From positions 1-46,638 of the forward strand of contig JBMSOD010000001.1 of assembly GCA_049422085.1 (NCBI GenBank): DNA of 46,638 nucleotides, given 5' to 3'. The position numbers and the translations under genes are program-made. Below the pieces are notes generated by a model, which made no database searches, was not told where the DNA came from, and was given only the letters and a program-made list of their open reading frames with translations. The stretch comes from Burkholderiaceae bacterium (lineage in GTDB: Bacteria > Pseudomonadota > Gammaproteobacteria > Burkholderiales > Burkholderiaceae_E). Below are positions 9,157 through 19,034 of the stretch, in pieces; position 1 is the first letter of the stretch, and each line of letters starts with the position of its first letter.

Positions 9157-10896
9157 TCAGGCCTGCGCAGGATGATATCGGTTCCGAAAGCGCAGCGATT
9201 CGGGGTAAGGAAAGACGTCTTCCAGCGCACCGGCCCGGATGCGGGCCTGTCTCTCCTGCCAGAAGGCGGCATCGAGCAGGTCGGCATGGTGGCGCATGAA
9301 CGCCTCTCTTACCCTTGGGTCACCGAGCAAAAAAGTGCCGAATTCCTCGGGAAAGACGTCGTTGGGGCCGACGTTGTACCAGGGCTCGCTGGCCATCTCG
9401 TCTTCGGGGGTGCGCGGCGGAGGAATGCGCCGGAAGTTGCACTCGGTGACGTACGCGACTTCGTCATAGTCGTAGAACACGACGCGACCCTGTCGGGTGA
9501 CGCCGAAATTCTTGTAGAGCATGTCGCCCGGAAAGATGTCGGCCGCCACCATCTGTTTGATGGCGTCGCCATATTCGAGAAGGGCCCGCTCGCGTTCGTC
9601 GTCGTCGGCACGCTCGAGGTAGATGTTGAGCGGCACCATGCGTCGTTCGATATAGACATGCCGGATGACCAGCGTCTCACCGTCTTCTTCAATCAGAGAG
9701 GGTGCGGTGGCCCTGAGTTCGGCCAGCAAGGCCTCATCCATGCGTGCACGGGGAAAGGGCACATCTGCATATTCCCAGGTGTCGGCCATGCGGCCCACCC
9801 TGTCATGGACCTTGACCCGCTGATACTGGCTCTGGATGAACTCGCGACTGATGTCCTTGCGCCGATGGTCCTTGATGATCTTGAACACATACGGAAAGGA
9901 CGGCAGGGTGAACACGCCCATCACCAGGCCCTTGATGCCCGGCGCGATGATGAACTTGTCGCCCGAGTGACGCAGGTGGTGCAGCAGATCGCGATAAAAC
10001 GCGGTCTTGCCCTGCTTGTGCAGCCCGAGCATGGTGTAGAGCTCGGACTCAGGTTTGGTCGGCATGAGCGACTTCAGGAAGCGCACATAGGCCGAAGGGA
10101 CCTCCATGTCGACCATGAAATAGGCCCGCGAAAAATTGAACAAGGCGTCGATGCGTTCGGTACCGAAGAGCACGGTATCGAGATAGAGCCGCCCCTGGCT
10201 GTCCTGAAGCACAGGAATGGCAAAGGGCATCAATTCGCCGTCATTGATGTAGCGACCGATGATGTAGGCGCCCTTGTTACGGAAGAACAGCGTCCGCAGC
10301 ACATTGAGCTGGCAGTCTGAGGCCAGGCCCTCGCCCGGGGCGGCCTCCCGCAGGACCTGTTCGACCCAGCCGAGATCGCGCACCACATCAACGAAGGGAC
10401 AGGCCAGGCCCATGTCCACGATCATCTGCCGAAGCGCTGTGGCCATGCCCACCTGGGCCGGATAGTAGGCTCGGTAGCTGGGCGGATCGCTGTCGAGGTA
10501 GTCGGTGGCGACTGCCGGCCGTACGAAGATGAAGTCGTTGTGAAAGTAGGTCCGGTGCAGCAGTTTGGAGCAGACTGAGTTGAAGAAGGTTTCGGCCAGC
10601 TCGGGCTGACGGTGGTCGGCCAGCAGCGCAACATAGTGGCGCTTGACCTGCTGCCAGTTGCCGGCCGCAAGTTCTGCGGCATTGAACTCGCGTGCGATGC
10701 GGTCGAGCGCCTCGGCCACGCGGGCGTCATAAAAGGCGATCCGTTCGCGGGCCAGCTGTCGGATCGCATGCCAGTCGCCGCGCTCGTAGCGTGCCTTGGC
10801 CTGCTGTGCGTTGTAGCGGAAAAGCGCGTAGTGCCGGTCAAACCCGTTACGAATCGCCAGCGCAATGGCGGCCGCAGTGGAGTCACGCTGGGGCAT
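9157..10896 (-). CDS. aceK: bifunctional isocitrate dehydrogenase kinase/phosphatase
   Basis: 579-aa ORF of the right length, with AceK-specific N-terminal (IRNGFDRHYALFRY) and C-terminal (DVFPEEF, FWQERQ) blocks as I recall the family. Confidence 0.88.
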   Translation of the reverse strand: MPQRDSTAAAIALAIRNGFDRHYALFRYNAQQAKARYERGDWHAIRQLARERIAFYDARVAEALDRIAREFNAAELAAGNWQQVKRHYVALLADHRQPELAETFFNSVCSKLLHRTYFHNDFIFVRPAVATDYLDSDPPSYRAYYPAQVGMATALRQMIVDMGLACPFVDVVRDLGWVEQVLREAAPGEGLASDCQLNVLRTLFFRNKGAYIIGRYINDGELMPFAIPVLQDSQGRLYLDTVLFGTERIDALFNFSRAYFMVDMEVPSAYVRFLKSLMPTKPESELYTMLGLHKQGKTAFYRDLLHHLRHSGDKFIIAPGIKGLVMGVFTLPSFPYVFKIIKDHRRKDISREFIQSQYQRVKVHDRVGRMADTWEYADVPFPRARMDEALLAELRATAPSLIEEDGETLVIRHVYIERRMVPLNIYLERADDDERERALLEYGDAIKQMVAADIFPGDMLYKNFGVTRQGRVVFYDYDEVAYVTECNFRRIPPPRTPEDEMASEPWYNVGPNDVFPEEFGTFLLGDPRVREAFMRHHADLLDAAFWQERQARIRAGALEDVFPYPESLRFRNRYHPAQA

Positions 10897-10909
10897 TGTT
10901 CGAAGGTCC

Positions 10910-12097
10910 TCAGCGGGTTTCGGAAAAGAGTTCGCGGCCGATCAGCATGCGTCGGATCTCGGAGGTGCCTGCGCCGATCTCGTAGAGCTTGGCATCGCGC
11001 CACAGCCGTCCGGTGGGTGAATCATTGATATAGCCATTGCCACCCAGGCACTGAATGGCTTCGCCGGCCATCCAGGTGGCCTTTTCGGCGCTGTACAGGA
11101 TCGCGGCGGCTGCATCCTTGCGTAAGGTACGTACATCGACCTGACCCGCGTGCGAGCGGTCGCATTGCCGGGCGACCTCGTACACATAGGCGCGACAGGC
11201 CATCATGGTGCTGTACATGTCGGCGAGCTTGCCCTGCATGAGCTGGAACTCGCCGATCGGCTGACCGAACTGCTTGCGCTCATGCACATAAGGCACCACC
11301 GCATCCATGCAGGCGCTCATGATGCCCAGCGGCCCGCCCGAAAGCACGGCGCGCTCAAAGTCCAGGCCGCTCATCAGCACATTGACGCCTCGCCCCAGGC
11401 CGCCCAGCACGTTTTCGGCGGGTACTTCGCAGTCCTGGAAGACCAGCTCGCCGGTATGACTGCCTCGCATGCCCAGCTTGTCGAGCTTTTGCGCCACCGA
11501 AAACCCCGGAAAGTCCTTTTCGACCAGGAAGGCGGTGATGCCGCGCGGACCGGCTTCCAGGTCGTTCTTGGCATAGATCACCATCACGTCGGCATCGGGG
11601 CCGTTGGTGATCCACATCTTGCTTCCATTGAGCACCCAGCGATCGCCCCGAAAGTCGGCCCGCAGCTTCATGGACACCACATCCGAGCCCGCGCCCGGCT
11701 CGCTCATCGCGAGGGCGCCAATCCACTCGCCACTGACCAGCTTGGGCAGGTACTTGCGCTTTTGCTCCAGCGTGCCGTTGCGATGGATCTGATTGATGCA
11801 CAGGTTGGAATGCGCGCCATAGGACAGGCCCACCGAAGCCGAGCCACGCGAGATCTCTTCCATGGCGACCACATGGGCCAGGTAGCCCAGATCGGAGCCG
11901 CCGTATTCGGGCGAGACCGTGATGCCATGCACGCCCAGATCGCCCAGCTTTTTCCACAGGTCCATGGGGAACTGATCGGTGCGATCGATCTCTCCCGCCC
12001 GGGGTGTGATCTCGGCCGAGGTGAACTGCTGCAGGGCATCCCGCAGCATGGCGATGTCTTCGCCGAGGTCGAACTGCAGTCCGGGCAGGTTGATCAT
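10910..12097 (-). CDS. ivd: isovaleryl-CoA dehydrogenase
   Basis: 395-aa ORF with [18 protein letters not shown] and the C-terminal [21 protein letters not shown] typical of IVD/LiuA. Confidence 0.92.
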   Translation of the reverse strand: MINLPGLQFDLGEDIAMLRDALQQFTSAEITPRAGEIDRTDQFPMDLWKKLGDLGVHGITVSPEYGGSDLGYLAHVVAMEEISRGSASVGLSYGAHSNLCINQIHRNGTLEQKRKYLPKLVSGEWIGALAMSEPGAGSDVVSMKLRADFRGDRWVLNGSKMWITNGPDADVMVIYAKNDLEAGPRGITAFLVEKDFPGFSVAQKLDKLGMRGSHTGELVFQDCEVPAENVLGGLGRGVNVLMSGLDFERAVLSGGPLGIMSACMDAVVPYVHERKQFGQPIGEFQLMQGKLADMYSTMMACRAYVYEVARQCDRSHAGQVDVRTLRKDAAAAILYSAEKATWMAGEAIQCLGGNGYINDSPTGRLWRDAKLYEIGAGTSEIRRMLIGRELFSETR

Positions 12098-12156
12098 GGA
12101 ATGGCTCGCAAAGGGGCAGGGTTAGACTGGATGTCCGATTTTCGCTCAGATTCGGC

Positions 12157-13215
12157 ATGAACCCGCTCGAACACGAATTGACCTATCCCCTGGGGGATAC
12201 CCTCCCGGCCTTTGGAAGCCGTCTCGAGGTGGCGCCTGGCGTGTACTGGCTGCGCATGCCGCTGCCCTTTGCACTCGACCACATCAACCTGTGGCTGCTG
12301 CGCGATCGTATCGGGGGTCGCGAGGGCTGGACAGTGATCGACTGCGGTGTGGCCACCGATGACACCCGTCGTCACTGGGATACCCTGATCGAGCATCACT
12401 TCGAGGGCCTGCCCCTGCTGCGTGTCCTGTGCACGCACAACCATCCTGATCATGTCGGGCTGGCGGGCATGCTCACCCAGCGCTTTGGTGCCCCGCTCTG
12501 GATGACCGTGGGCGAATACGCCATGGGTCGCATCCTGTCGGTACAGATGCCTGGATCCGATCCGCAGGCCACCTACAAGCACTACCTGCGCAACGGCGTG
12601 CCTGACAGTCCACAGCTCGAAGCCCTGCGCACCAAGACCCGGTCCCACTATCCGAGTCTGGTGCCCGAGATGCCGCTGTCCTTCCGGCGCATCGGCGACC
12701 ATGAGGACATCCAGATCGGCGGCAGGACCTGGCAGGTGATCATCGGGACAGGGCACTCGGCTGAGCATGCAGCGCTGCATTGCGCTGCAGAGCGTCTCCT
12801 GATCTCGGGCGACATGGTGCTGCCGCGCATTTCCACCAATGTCTCGGTCTTCGATATGGAGCCCGAAGCGAATCCGCTGGAGTGGTATTTAAGCTCACTG
12901 CGCCGCTTCGAGGTCTGCCATGCGGACACGCTGGTGCTGCCCTCGCATGGCCGCCCATTCAGGGGACTGCCCCGGCGGCTGCAGCAATTACATGAGCATC
13001 ACGATGATCGCCTTGCAGCCATCGCATCGGCCTGCCGCGAGCGCCCTCGGCATGGTGCCGAGGCCGTGCAGATCATCTTTCGCCGGACCTTCGATACCCA
13101 CGAGATGATGTTTGCCCTGGGCGAAGCCCTGGCCCATCTGCATGCCCTGTGGTACCGCGGACAACTACGCCGCGAGCTTGGCCCCGACGGCGTGCACCGG
13201 TTCTCGGCGGCCTGA
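12157..13215 (+). CDS. MBL-fold metallo-hydrolase
   Basis: 352-aa ORF with the HxHxDH motif THNHPDHVG and later H and D ligands (GHSAEH, SGD, PSHG). It is divergent from ivd. Confidence 0.85.
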   Translation: MNPLEHELTYPLGDTLPAFGSRLEVAPGVYWLRMPLPFALDHINLWLLRDRIGGREGWTVIDCGVATDDTRRHWDTLIEHHFEGLPLLRVLCTHNHPDHVGLAGMLTQRFGAPLWMTVGEYAMGRILSVQMPGSDPQATYKHYLRNGVPDSPQLEALRTKTRSHYPSLVPEMPLSFRRIGDHEDIQIGGRTWQVIIGTGHSAEHAALHCAAERLLISGDMVLPRISTNVSVFDMEPEANPLEWYLSSLRRFEVCHADTLVLPSHGRPFRGLPRRLQQLHEHHDDRLAAIASACRERPRHGAEAVQIIFRRTFDTHEMMFALGEALAHLHALWYRGQLRRELGPDGVHRFSAA

Positions 13216-13269
13216 CGGAGCGCGGCTTCTGGCTGCCTCGGGCGGCCTCGCGCAGAAGCTTGACCCGCC

Positions 13270-14529
13270 TCAGGCCTGCCTGGGCCTGACGCGTGCTGCT
13301 GCTTCCTTGGCGATGGCCCGGGCCTGGTCGGTATCCTCAGCGCGTGCAAGCGCCACGCCCATGCGGCGTTTGAGGAAGGATTCGGGTTTTCCGAACAGGC
13401 GCAGGTCTGTTCCGGGCAGGGCAAGTGCCTCGGCCACGCCGTCAAAGACGATGCCCTTGGCATTGACCCCGCCATAGATCACCGCACTGGCCCCGGGATT
13501 GCGCAAGCGCGTATCCACAGGCAAACCCAGGATGGCCCTCGCATGCAGCTCAAACTCCGACTGATGCTGGGTGCACATCGTGACCATCCCGGTGTCGTGC
13601 GGACGGGGGCTCACTTCCGAGAACCAGACCTCGTCGCCCTTCACGAAAAGCTCCACGCCAAAGAGCCCCGTACCGCCCAGGGCTTCGGTGACCTTGTGGG
13701 CGATCTCGCGCGAACGCTGCAGCGCCAGTGCGCTCATGGGCTGAGGCTGCCAGCTCTCGACATAATCACCCGAGACCTGCACATGCCCGATCGGCTCGCA
13801 GTAGGCGGTTTCGATGTCGCCCGAGGCGGCACGTGCGCGCACGGTGAGCAGGGTGATTTCGTAGTCGAAGTCGATGAAGCCTTCCACGATCACCCGGCCG
13901 GCATCGACCCGGCCGCCGGTACCGGCATAGGTCCATGCCTCGCCCACCTCCCGTGGCCCGTCGACCTTGGACTGGCCTTTGCCTGAGGAGGACATCACCG
14001 GTTTGACGATGCAGGGATAGCCGATCCCGCCGTCGATGGCCGCCTGGAGTTCGGCGAGGCTGCTGGCAAAGCGGTAGGGCGAGGTGGGCAGGCCGAGCTC
14101 TTCGGCGGCAAGCCGCCGGATGCCTTCGCGATTCATGGTGAGCCAGGCCGCGCGCGCGGTGGGTGTCACGGCCACCAGGCCCTCCCGTTCGAGTTCGAGC
14201 AGGGTAGGCGTCGCGATGGCTTCGATCTCGGGCACGATCCGGTGCGGGCGCACCTGCTCCACGAGTGCACGCAGTGCCGCCCCATCGGTCATGTCGATCA
14301 CGTGGGCTGAATGCGCCACCTGCTGCCCGGGGGCATCGGCATAGCGATCAACGGCGATCACCTCGACGCCAAGACGCTGCAAGGCAATGATCACTTCCTT
14401 GCCGAGCTCGCCGGCGCCAAGAAACATCAGGCGCGTCGCATTGGGCGACAGCGGGGTTCCCAGGGGCCCGTTCGCGTGAGGATCAGACGGACGTGACGAC
14501 TCATTGGAGGCAGGGGTTTGAGCGTTCAA
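13270..14529 (-). CDS. purT: formate-dependent phosphoribosylglycinamide formyltransferase (GAR transformylase 2)
   Basis: 419-aa ORF with an ATP-grasp fold; the N-terminal [15 protein letters not shown] matches the E. coli PurT N-terminus. The track start is a TTG at 14529 that overlaps the upstream stop as TTGA. No in-frame ATG occurs before the conserved MFLG. Confidence 0.9.
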   Translation of the reverse strand: MNAQTPASNESSRPSDPHANGPLGTPLSPNATRLMFLGAGELGKEVIIALQRLGVEVIAVDRYADAPGQQVAHSAHVIDMTDGAALRALVEQVRPHRIVPEIEAIATPTLLELEREGLVAVTPTARAAWLTMNREGIRRLAAEELGLPTSPYRFASSLAELQAAIDGGIGYPCIVKPVMSSSGKGQSKVDGPREVGEAWTYAGTGGRVDAGRVIVEGFIDFDYEITLLTVRARAASGDIETAYCEPIGHVQVSGDYVESWQPQPMSALALQRSREIAHKVTEALGGTGLFGVELFVKGDEVWFSEVSPRPHDTGMVTMCTQHQSEFELHARAILGLPVDTRLRNPGASAVIYGGVNAKGIVFDGVAEALALPGTDLRLFGKPESFLKRRMGVALARAEDTDQARAIAKEAAARVRPRQA

Positions 14530-16604
14530 CGCAGGACCTCGAAAAGATTGTGATGGTCATCGGTCCAGGTGGCCCGATGCGCCGGTGGCGGCTCAATCGT
14601 CTGTCCGCCCTGGTTCACCAGAGTGCGAACGGTCTGCTCGTTGGCCGTCAGCACCACCCAGGTGGACCGGTAGAAGGGCGACCCCGCAGGGGGCGCGTCA
14701 GCAATCAGGATGGCCTGCATCTTTGCTTCATCAGCCAGTCTGCGAACCACACCGGACAGATCGAGATAGCGGTTGGTGATGTGCAGGGCGATCGCGCCCC
14801 CGTCAGTCAGATGGCGACGGTAGACGGCCATGGCTTCCCGCGTGACCAGATGGACTGGGATTGAATCACTGGAGAAGGCATCGACTGCCAGGATGTCATA
14901 GCGCTGATCGGGCTCCCGCTCCATCATCAGCCGTGCATCCCCCAGGATGTGCTCGATGGTCGCCTTCGAGTCCTTCAGGTAGCTGAAATGCTGCTCGGCA
15001 AACTGCAGCACCGTCGGATTGAGTTCGTACATGCGGTAGACATCACCGGCACGTCCGTAGGTAGCCAGGGTGCCAACGCCCAGTCCGATCAGCCCCAGCC
15101 GTGCGGGCCCGCCTTCATGGCGCAGGGCGATCAGGCGTCCGATTCCGGAGCCGGGCCCGTAGTATGTCGTGGCGAGCCCGGGATCGTTCGAACGCTGCTC
15201 GCCATGAAGAATCTCGCCATGAAGAAGCTGCTTTCTTCCGGCCTTGGTGCCATCGGGCAAAGTCATGTCCACGGCGCGCACCCTGAGCGTTCCGTAAAAA
15301 TTCCTCGAGATCTCGATCATGTCGCCCCGGATCCATCGGGAATAGTCGCCCACCAGGAGAGCGCAGGCGACCAGCGCTGCAGTGCCGATCCAGCGCCCCT
15401 TGCCTTGTGCGAGCGAACCCACCAGGAGCGCGATGATGGCCAGGGCGATCGGCAGCTCCCAGTACCAGTCGAACACCATCGGTGCGCCCAGACCCACAAG
15501 CAGTCCGCCCACCGCGCCACCCAGCGATACCATGAGATAGAAGCGGGTCAGATGGGCAGGCGCAGGCTTGCGGCGCACCAGTTCGCCATGCACGAACATG
15601 CACAGAATGAACAGTCCCACTGCATACAGCGGAACCGCATGCCGGATCTCGAGCAGTCCGCGCTCCAGACCGCCTTCATCGGAGATCCGGTAGGACAGTC
15701 CCGCGGTCAGCAAAACCGTGGCCACCGCTGCAAGCAGCATATACACGCGTCGCTTGTACCAGCCCTCGCCATCGAAGCACAGGATGAAGGTGATCAGGTA
15801 CAGGGCCAGCGGCAGGACCCACAGGAAGGGGACTGAGGCCACGTTCTGGGTGATGTGCGTCGTGATCGCCAGCAGCATCAAGGAGCCCAGCGCAGCAAGC
15901 AGGAGCCACAGCCCCTGTTCACCCAGCGTGGGGGGCGGGGAGTGACCCGCAGTCTCGCCCTTCGGCAACGCGGTCTCGGGCGCTGACAGCCCGATGGATG
16001 CCTTTGCCACCCTCACGGCGCGCCAGCCACACAGGCCGGCGAGGAGAGCAAAGAACACGTAGCCGATCGACCAGCCAATCGCCTGTGAGCGACCGCTGGC
16101 CATGGGCTCGATGACCGGAGGGTAAGCGACCAGCGCAATCATGGACGCAAGGTTGGACAAGGCATAGAGCCGGTAGACCCGGGCGGTGCTGAACTCCCGC
16201 GTGAACCAGGCCTGTACCAGCGGGCCGGTGGTGGCCAGCATGAGATAGGGCAGACCAATGGTCAGGGTCAGAAGCAGCAGGATGCGACCGACCGGCTGCG
16301 TCGCATCGTCAGGTTTGAACTCCGCAGAGGCGATGATGGGCAGAAAGGCAAGACTGATCAGGAGCAGGGCCGTGTGCACGATGGCCTGCTGCCTTGCCTT
16401 CAGGCGCCGGATCACCCAGTCGGAATAGAAGTAGCCCGCGAGCAGCGCGACCTGGAAGAACACCATGCAGGTGGTCCAGACCGCTGCCGACCCACCGAAC
16501 CAGGGCAGGATCTGTCGGGCAATGATGGGCTGCACCAGAAAGAGCAGGAAGGCGGAGATCGCAATGGTGCAGGCGTGCAGCAGCATGGCAGGCTGAGAGG
16601 GCAT
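14526..16604 (-). CDS. fused polytopic-membrane / spermidine-synthase-like (class I SAM-MTase fold) protein
   Basis: The ORF track gives 770 aa from 16838, but the first about 78 residues are Arg/Gly/Pro-rich junk overlapping the upstream gene. ATG 16604 ([12 protein letters not shown]...) gives 692 aa: a polytopic hydrophobic N-terminal domain with many predicted helices, followed by the aminopropyltransferase-like core [10 protein letters not shown] ... [10 protein letters not shown]. Confidence 0.8.
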   Translation of the reverse strand: MPSQPAMLLHACTIAISAFLLFLVQPIIARQILPWFGGSAAVWTTCMVFFQVALLAGYFYSDWVIRRLKARQQAIVHTALLLISLAFLPIIASAEFKPDDATQPVGRILLLLTLTIGLPYLMLATTGPLVQAWFTREFSTARVYRLYALSNLASMIALVAYPPVIEPMASGRSQAIGWSIGYVFFALLAGLCGWRAVRVAKASIGLSAPETALPKGETAGHSPPPTLGEQGLWLLLAALGSLMLLAITTHITQNVASVPFLWVLPLALYLITFILCFDGEGWYKRRVYMLLAAVATVLLTAGLSYRISDEGGLERGLLEIRHAVPLYAVGLFILCMFVHGELVRRKPAPAHLTRFYLMVSLGGAVGGLLVGLGAPMVFDWYWELPIALAIIALLVGSLAQGKGRWIGTAALVACALLVGDYSRWIRGDMIEISRNFYGTLRVRAVDMTLPDGTKAGRKQLLHGEILHGEQRSNDPGLATTYYGPGSGIGRLIALRHEGGPARLGLIGLGVGTLATYGRAGDVYRMYELNPTVLQFAEQHFSYLKDSKATIEHILGDARLMMEREPDQRYDILAVDAFSSDSIPVHLVTREAMAVYRRHLTDGGAIALHITNRYLDLSGVVRRLADEAKMQAILIADAPPAGSPFYRSTWVVLTANEQTVRTLVNQGGQTIEPPPAHRATWTDDHHNLFEVLR

Positions 16605-16639
16605 CGGGGGTTGATGTGCCGGAGCGCCGGCGATCCTGT

Positions 16640-17404
16640 TCAGGGCTGGGGGAGTCCCATCACCCGCCATTGTGCCTGTACTGCCTCGCTCCAACCCCGG
16701 TTGGCGGCCGGACTTGCGGGACTCGGATGCAGAATCTGACCGATCTGCAGTTGCCGCGCCAGGGCACTGTCGATGGCCGGGCCTTGTGCAACCGCCTGCA
16801 GGCGCTGCTGCGCGAAGCCGCCCACGCCGATCGCCCAACGGGGCTGCAAGGCCTCAAGCACACGGGCAAGATGAAGATCGCAAGCCGCCTCGACCGGGGC
16901 CCGTTCACTGGCAGGAAGCTGGACCGGTGTGCGGTTGCGTCCGCTGGATTCGAGCCAGATGAGCGGGCAGTAGTTCACGACGAAACACTCGGCGAAGAAG
17001 GACGGCGCATCGCCCCAATGCTGCGCGGCCCATTGCCACAGCCGTCGGCCGCTCACCTCGGAACGCCGACAGGCAAAACCCTCGATCGGACGTTTCGGAT
17101 GCCCTCGGCCAGGGGCGTGGACAGGAGCATCGATCCCCATCCAGTCACGGACCGCTGCCACTTCGCCGAAGGGCACACCGGTCTGCATCATGCCGAAGGG
17201 ACCTGGATTCATTCCCAGAAGAACGATGCGGCGCGGCCCGGTGGCATAGCGCCTGACATAGGCCTCATAAGGAGCCCAGGCATAGTCGAGCGGGTTCAGT
17301 ACGATATCCACCGGCGCTGCAAATTGCAGTCCCGCCAGGGTGGTTTGCAGGTACCGGGCGGCTTCGAGAATGGCCTCGGCGGTTGCGGGGCGGGGTGGGG
17401 GCAT
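16640..17404 (-). CDS. SMUG1-family uracil-DNA glycosylase
   Basis: 254-aa ORF. Motif GMNPGPFGMMQTGVPFGE is almost identical to human SMUG1 GMNPGPFGMAQTGVPFGE. It also has HPKRP, SEVSG, SGRN.TP and the C-terminal HPSPASPAANRGW (human HPSPRNPQANKGW). Confidence 0.85.
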   Translation of the reverse strand: MPPPRPATAEAILEAARYLQTTLAGLQFAAPVDIVLNPLDYAWAPYEAYVRRYATGPRRIVLLGMNPGPFGMMQTGVPFGEVAAVRDWMGIDAPVHAPGRGHPKRPIEGFACRRSEVSGRRLWQWAAQHWGDAPSFFAECFVVNYCPLIWLESSGRNRTPVQLPASERAPVEAACDLHLARVLEALQPRWAIGVGGFAQQRLQAVAQGPAIDSALARQLQIGQILHPSPASPAANRGWSEAVQAQWRVMGLPQP

Positions 17405-17465
17405 ACGGGACGCGTCCTGGATCGGGCTTCCGGAATGCTAGCAATCTTGCGGTAACCTCGCGTCC

Positions 17466-18008
17466 ATGAACGCTCCTGCCGAACCCATTCAGAACCCTCC
17501 CTCCGACGACCGGATTCCCTATGCCCTGCCCCAGCCCTGGGGCATGACGCCGGACATGGTTGTGCCCGACCTGCTTGGCGGTGATGAGCGCCTCTGGGCG
17601 CCGCTGTCGCCGGGGATCTGGTCGCGTCCGATTCACCTGAATGTCACCTCCGGGTACTACGTGCATCTGCTCAGGGTCAGACGCTCGGGTCTGCTCCAGC
17701 GGCATCGACATTCAGGCTGCGTGCATGCCTATGTGCTGCGCGGCAAATGGCATTACCTCGAACACGACTGGATGGCCGAGGCCGGGGGCTATGTCTACGA
17801 GCCTCCTGGCGAAACGCATACCCTGGTTGTCCCCGACGACTGCCAGGACATGGTGACGCTGTTCACAGTGCATGGCGCGCTGATGTATGTCGATCCGCAG
17901 GGGCGCAGTACAGGCTACGACGATGTCTTCACCCGCATCGAAAAGTACCGGGCCCATTTCGAATCGGTGGGCTTGGGTGCTGATTACATTCGACGGTTCA
18001 TGCGTTGA
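17466..18008 (+). CDS. cupin-fold protein, 2,4'-dihydroxyacetophenone dioxygenase-like
   Basis: 180-aa ORF with cupin metal motifs HRHSGCVHAYVLRG ... YEPPGETHTL. Size and pattern fit my recollection of the DAD family. Confidence 0.65.
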   Translation: MNAPAEPIQNPPSDDRIPYALPQPWGMTPDMVVPDLLGGDERLWAPLSPGIWSRPIHLNVTSGYYVHLLRVRRSGLLQRHRHSGCVHAYVLRGKWHYLEHDWMAEAGGYVYEPPGETHTLVVPDDCQDMVTLFTVHGALMYVDPQGRSTGYDDVFTRIEKYRAHFESVGLGADYIRRFMR

Positions 18009-19021
18009 ACATGTCGACCAGGCGTTATGGCATGGCCGTGATCGGCCTGGGTGTGGTCGGACGCAGGATGCTGGAGCAAACCGCCCAGCATTCGTCCCTC
18101 GATGTGGTGTCCGCCTGGGATACCTCGCCGCTAGCGCGTCAGCAGGCCGCCGCGGATTTTCCGGGGCTTGCCCTGGCAGGCTCCGAGACTCAGGCCATCG
18201 AGCGACTCGATGTTGATGTGGTGTACGTGGCCAACCCGCCGCTGGCTCATGCCTCAACGGTGAAAGCCGCACTGGCCGCGGGCAAGGCGGTCTTCTGCGA
18301 AAAGCCGCTCGGCATCGATCTCGAGGAGAGTCATGCGCTCGTTGATGCGGTTGAGCGCAGTGGCAGGCCGGCGGCGATCAATTTCCCGTTTGCCTCTTCG
18401 GCTGCCGTCCAGGCCATTACCGATGCGATCGCGGCGCCTGACTTCGGATTGCGATCCCTCCAGATCCGCACGCGATTTCATCAGTGGCCTCGCGACTGGC
18501 AGGCCAGCGCGGCCTGGCTCAATCGAAGCGATCAGGGCGGCTTCACCCGCGAGGTCCTGTCGCACTATGTCTACCTTGCGCTTCGCCTTCTCGGGCCGGT
18601 GCGACTGCAGGGCGCCTCGGTCAGCCATCCCGGACCGGGGCTGGCCGAGCATGCGGTCACGGCCAGCCTGCTTGCCGGAGCGACGCCCGTGTCGGTCGTG
18701 GGCACGACCGGGGGTGGCGCCCCAGACCTCATCGAGGCTGCATTCATTGGCGCCCGGTCGGAACTCAGACTGGTCGACTGGTATCGCCTCGAGCAGGTGC
18801 ATCAGGCCGCGCCCCAGGGCGAACCGGTCGCAGGATTGCCATCGGATCCTCGTCGCGCGGCCTATCAGAGACAGCTGGATCAGCTGAGTGCCATGCTGGC
18901 CGGAGAACCCCACAGCCTGGCGTCCTTTGCCGATGCGCTCAACGTGCAACGATGTATCGAGGGCATGCTGTCCTCCCCGCCCACGGCCATCGCCGCGGCC
19001 TCGAATCCCCAATCTGTCTGA
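18005..19021 (+). CDS. Gfo/Idh/MocA family NAD(P)-dependent oxidoreductase
   Basis: 338-aa ORF with an N-terminal Rossmann motif (MAVIGLGVVGRR) and the family EKP motif (VFCEKPLG). It overlaps the upstream cupin gene by 4 bp. Confidence 0.8.
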   Translation: MNMSTRRYGMAVIGLGVVGRRMLEQTAQHSSLDVVSAWDTSPLARQQAAADFPGLALAGSETQAIERLDVDVVYVANPPLAHASTVKAALAAGKAVFCEKPLGIDLEESHALVDAVERSGRPAAINFPFASSAAVQAITDAIAAPDFGLRSLQIRTRFHQWPRDWQASAAWLNRSDQGGFTREVLSHYVYLALRLLGPVRLQGASVSHPGPGLAEHAVTASLLAGATPVSVVGTTGGGAPDLIEAAFIGARSELRLVDWYRLEQVHQAAPQGEPVAGLPSDPRRAAYQRQLDQLSAMLAGEPHSLASFADALNVQRCIEGMLSSPPTAIAAASNPQSV

Positions 19022-19034
19022 CGGAGTTGTTTCA

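Noticed and set aside
7369-10320. Two long plus-strand ORFs (7369..8871, 500 aa; 9007..10320, 437 aa) opposite the SDR, thiolase and aceK genes
   Set aside because: Both are antisense to high-confidence genes and have degenerate, motif-free sequence, so I treat them as GC-driven open frames. The same applies to 2672..3847, 6167..7246, 11150..12160, 22039..23136, 23711..25045, 35985..37022 and 37103..38230.
16605-16838. 78-residue N-terminal extension of the spermidine-synthase-like ORF, overlapping the SMUG1 gene end
   Set aside because: It is Arg/Gly/Ala-rich with no hydrophobic or conserved character and overlaps the upstream CDS. ATG 16604 begins directly at the first transmembrane segment.
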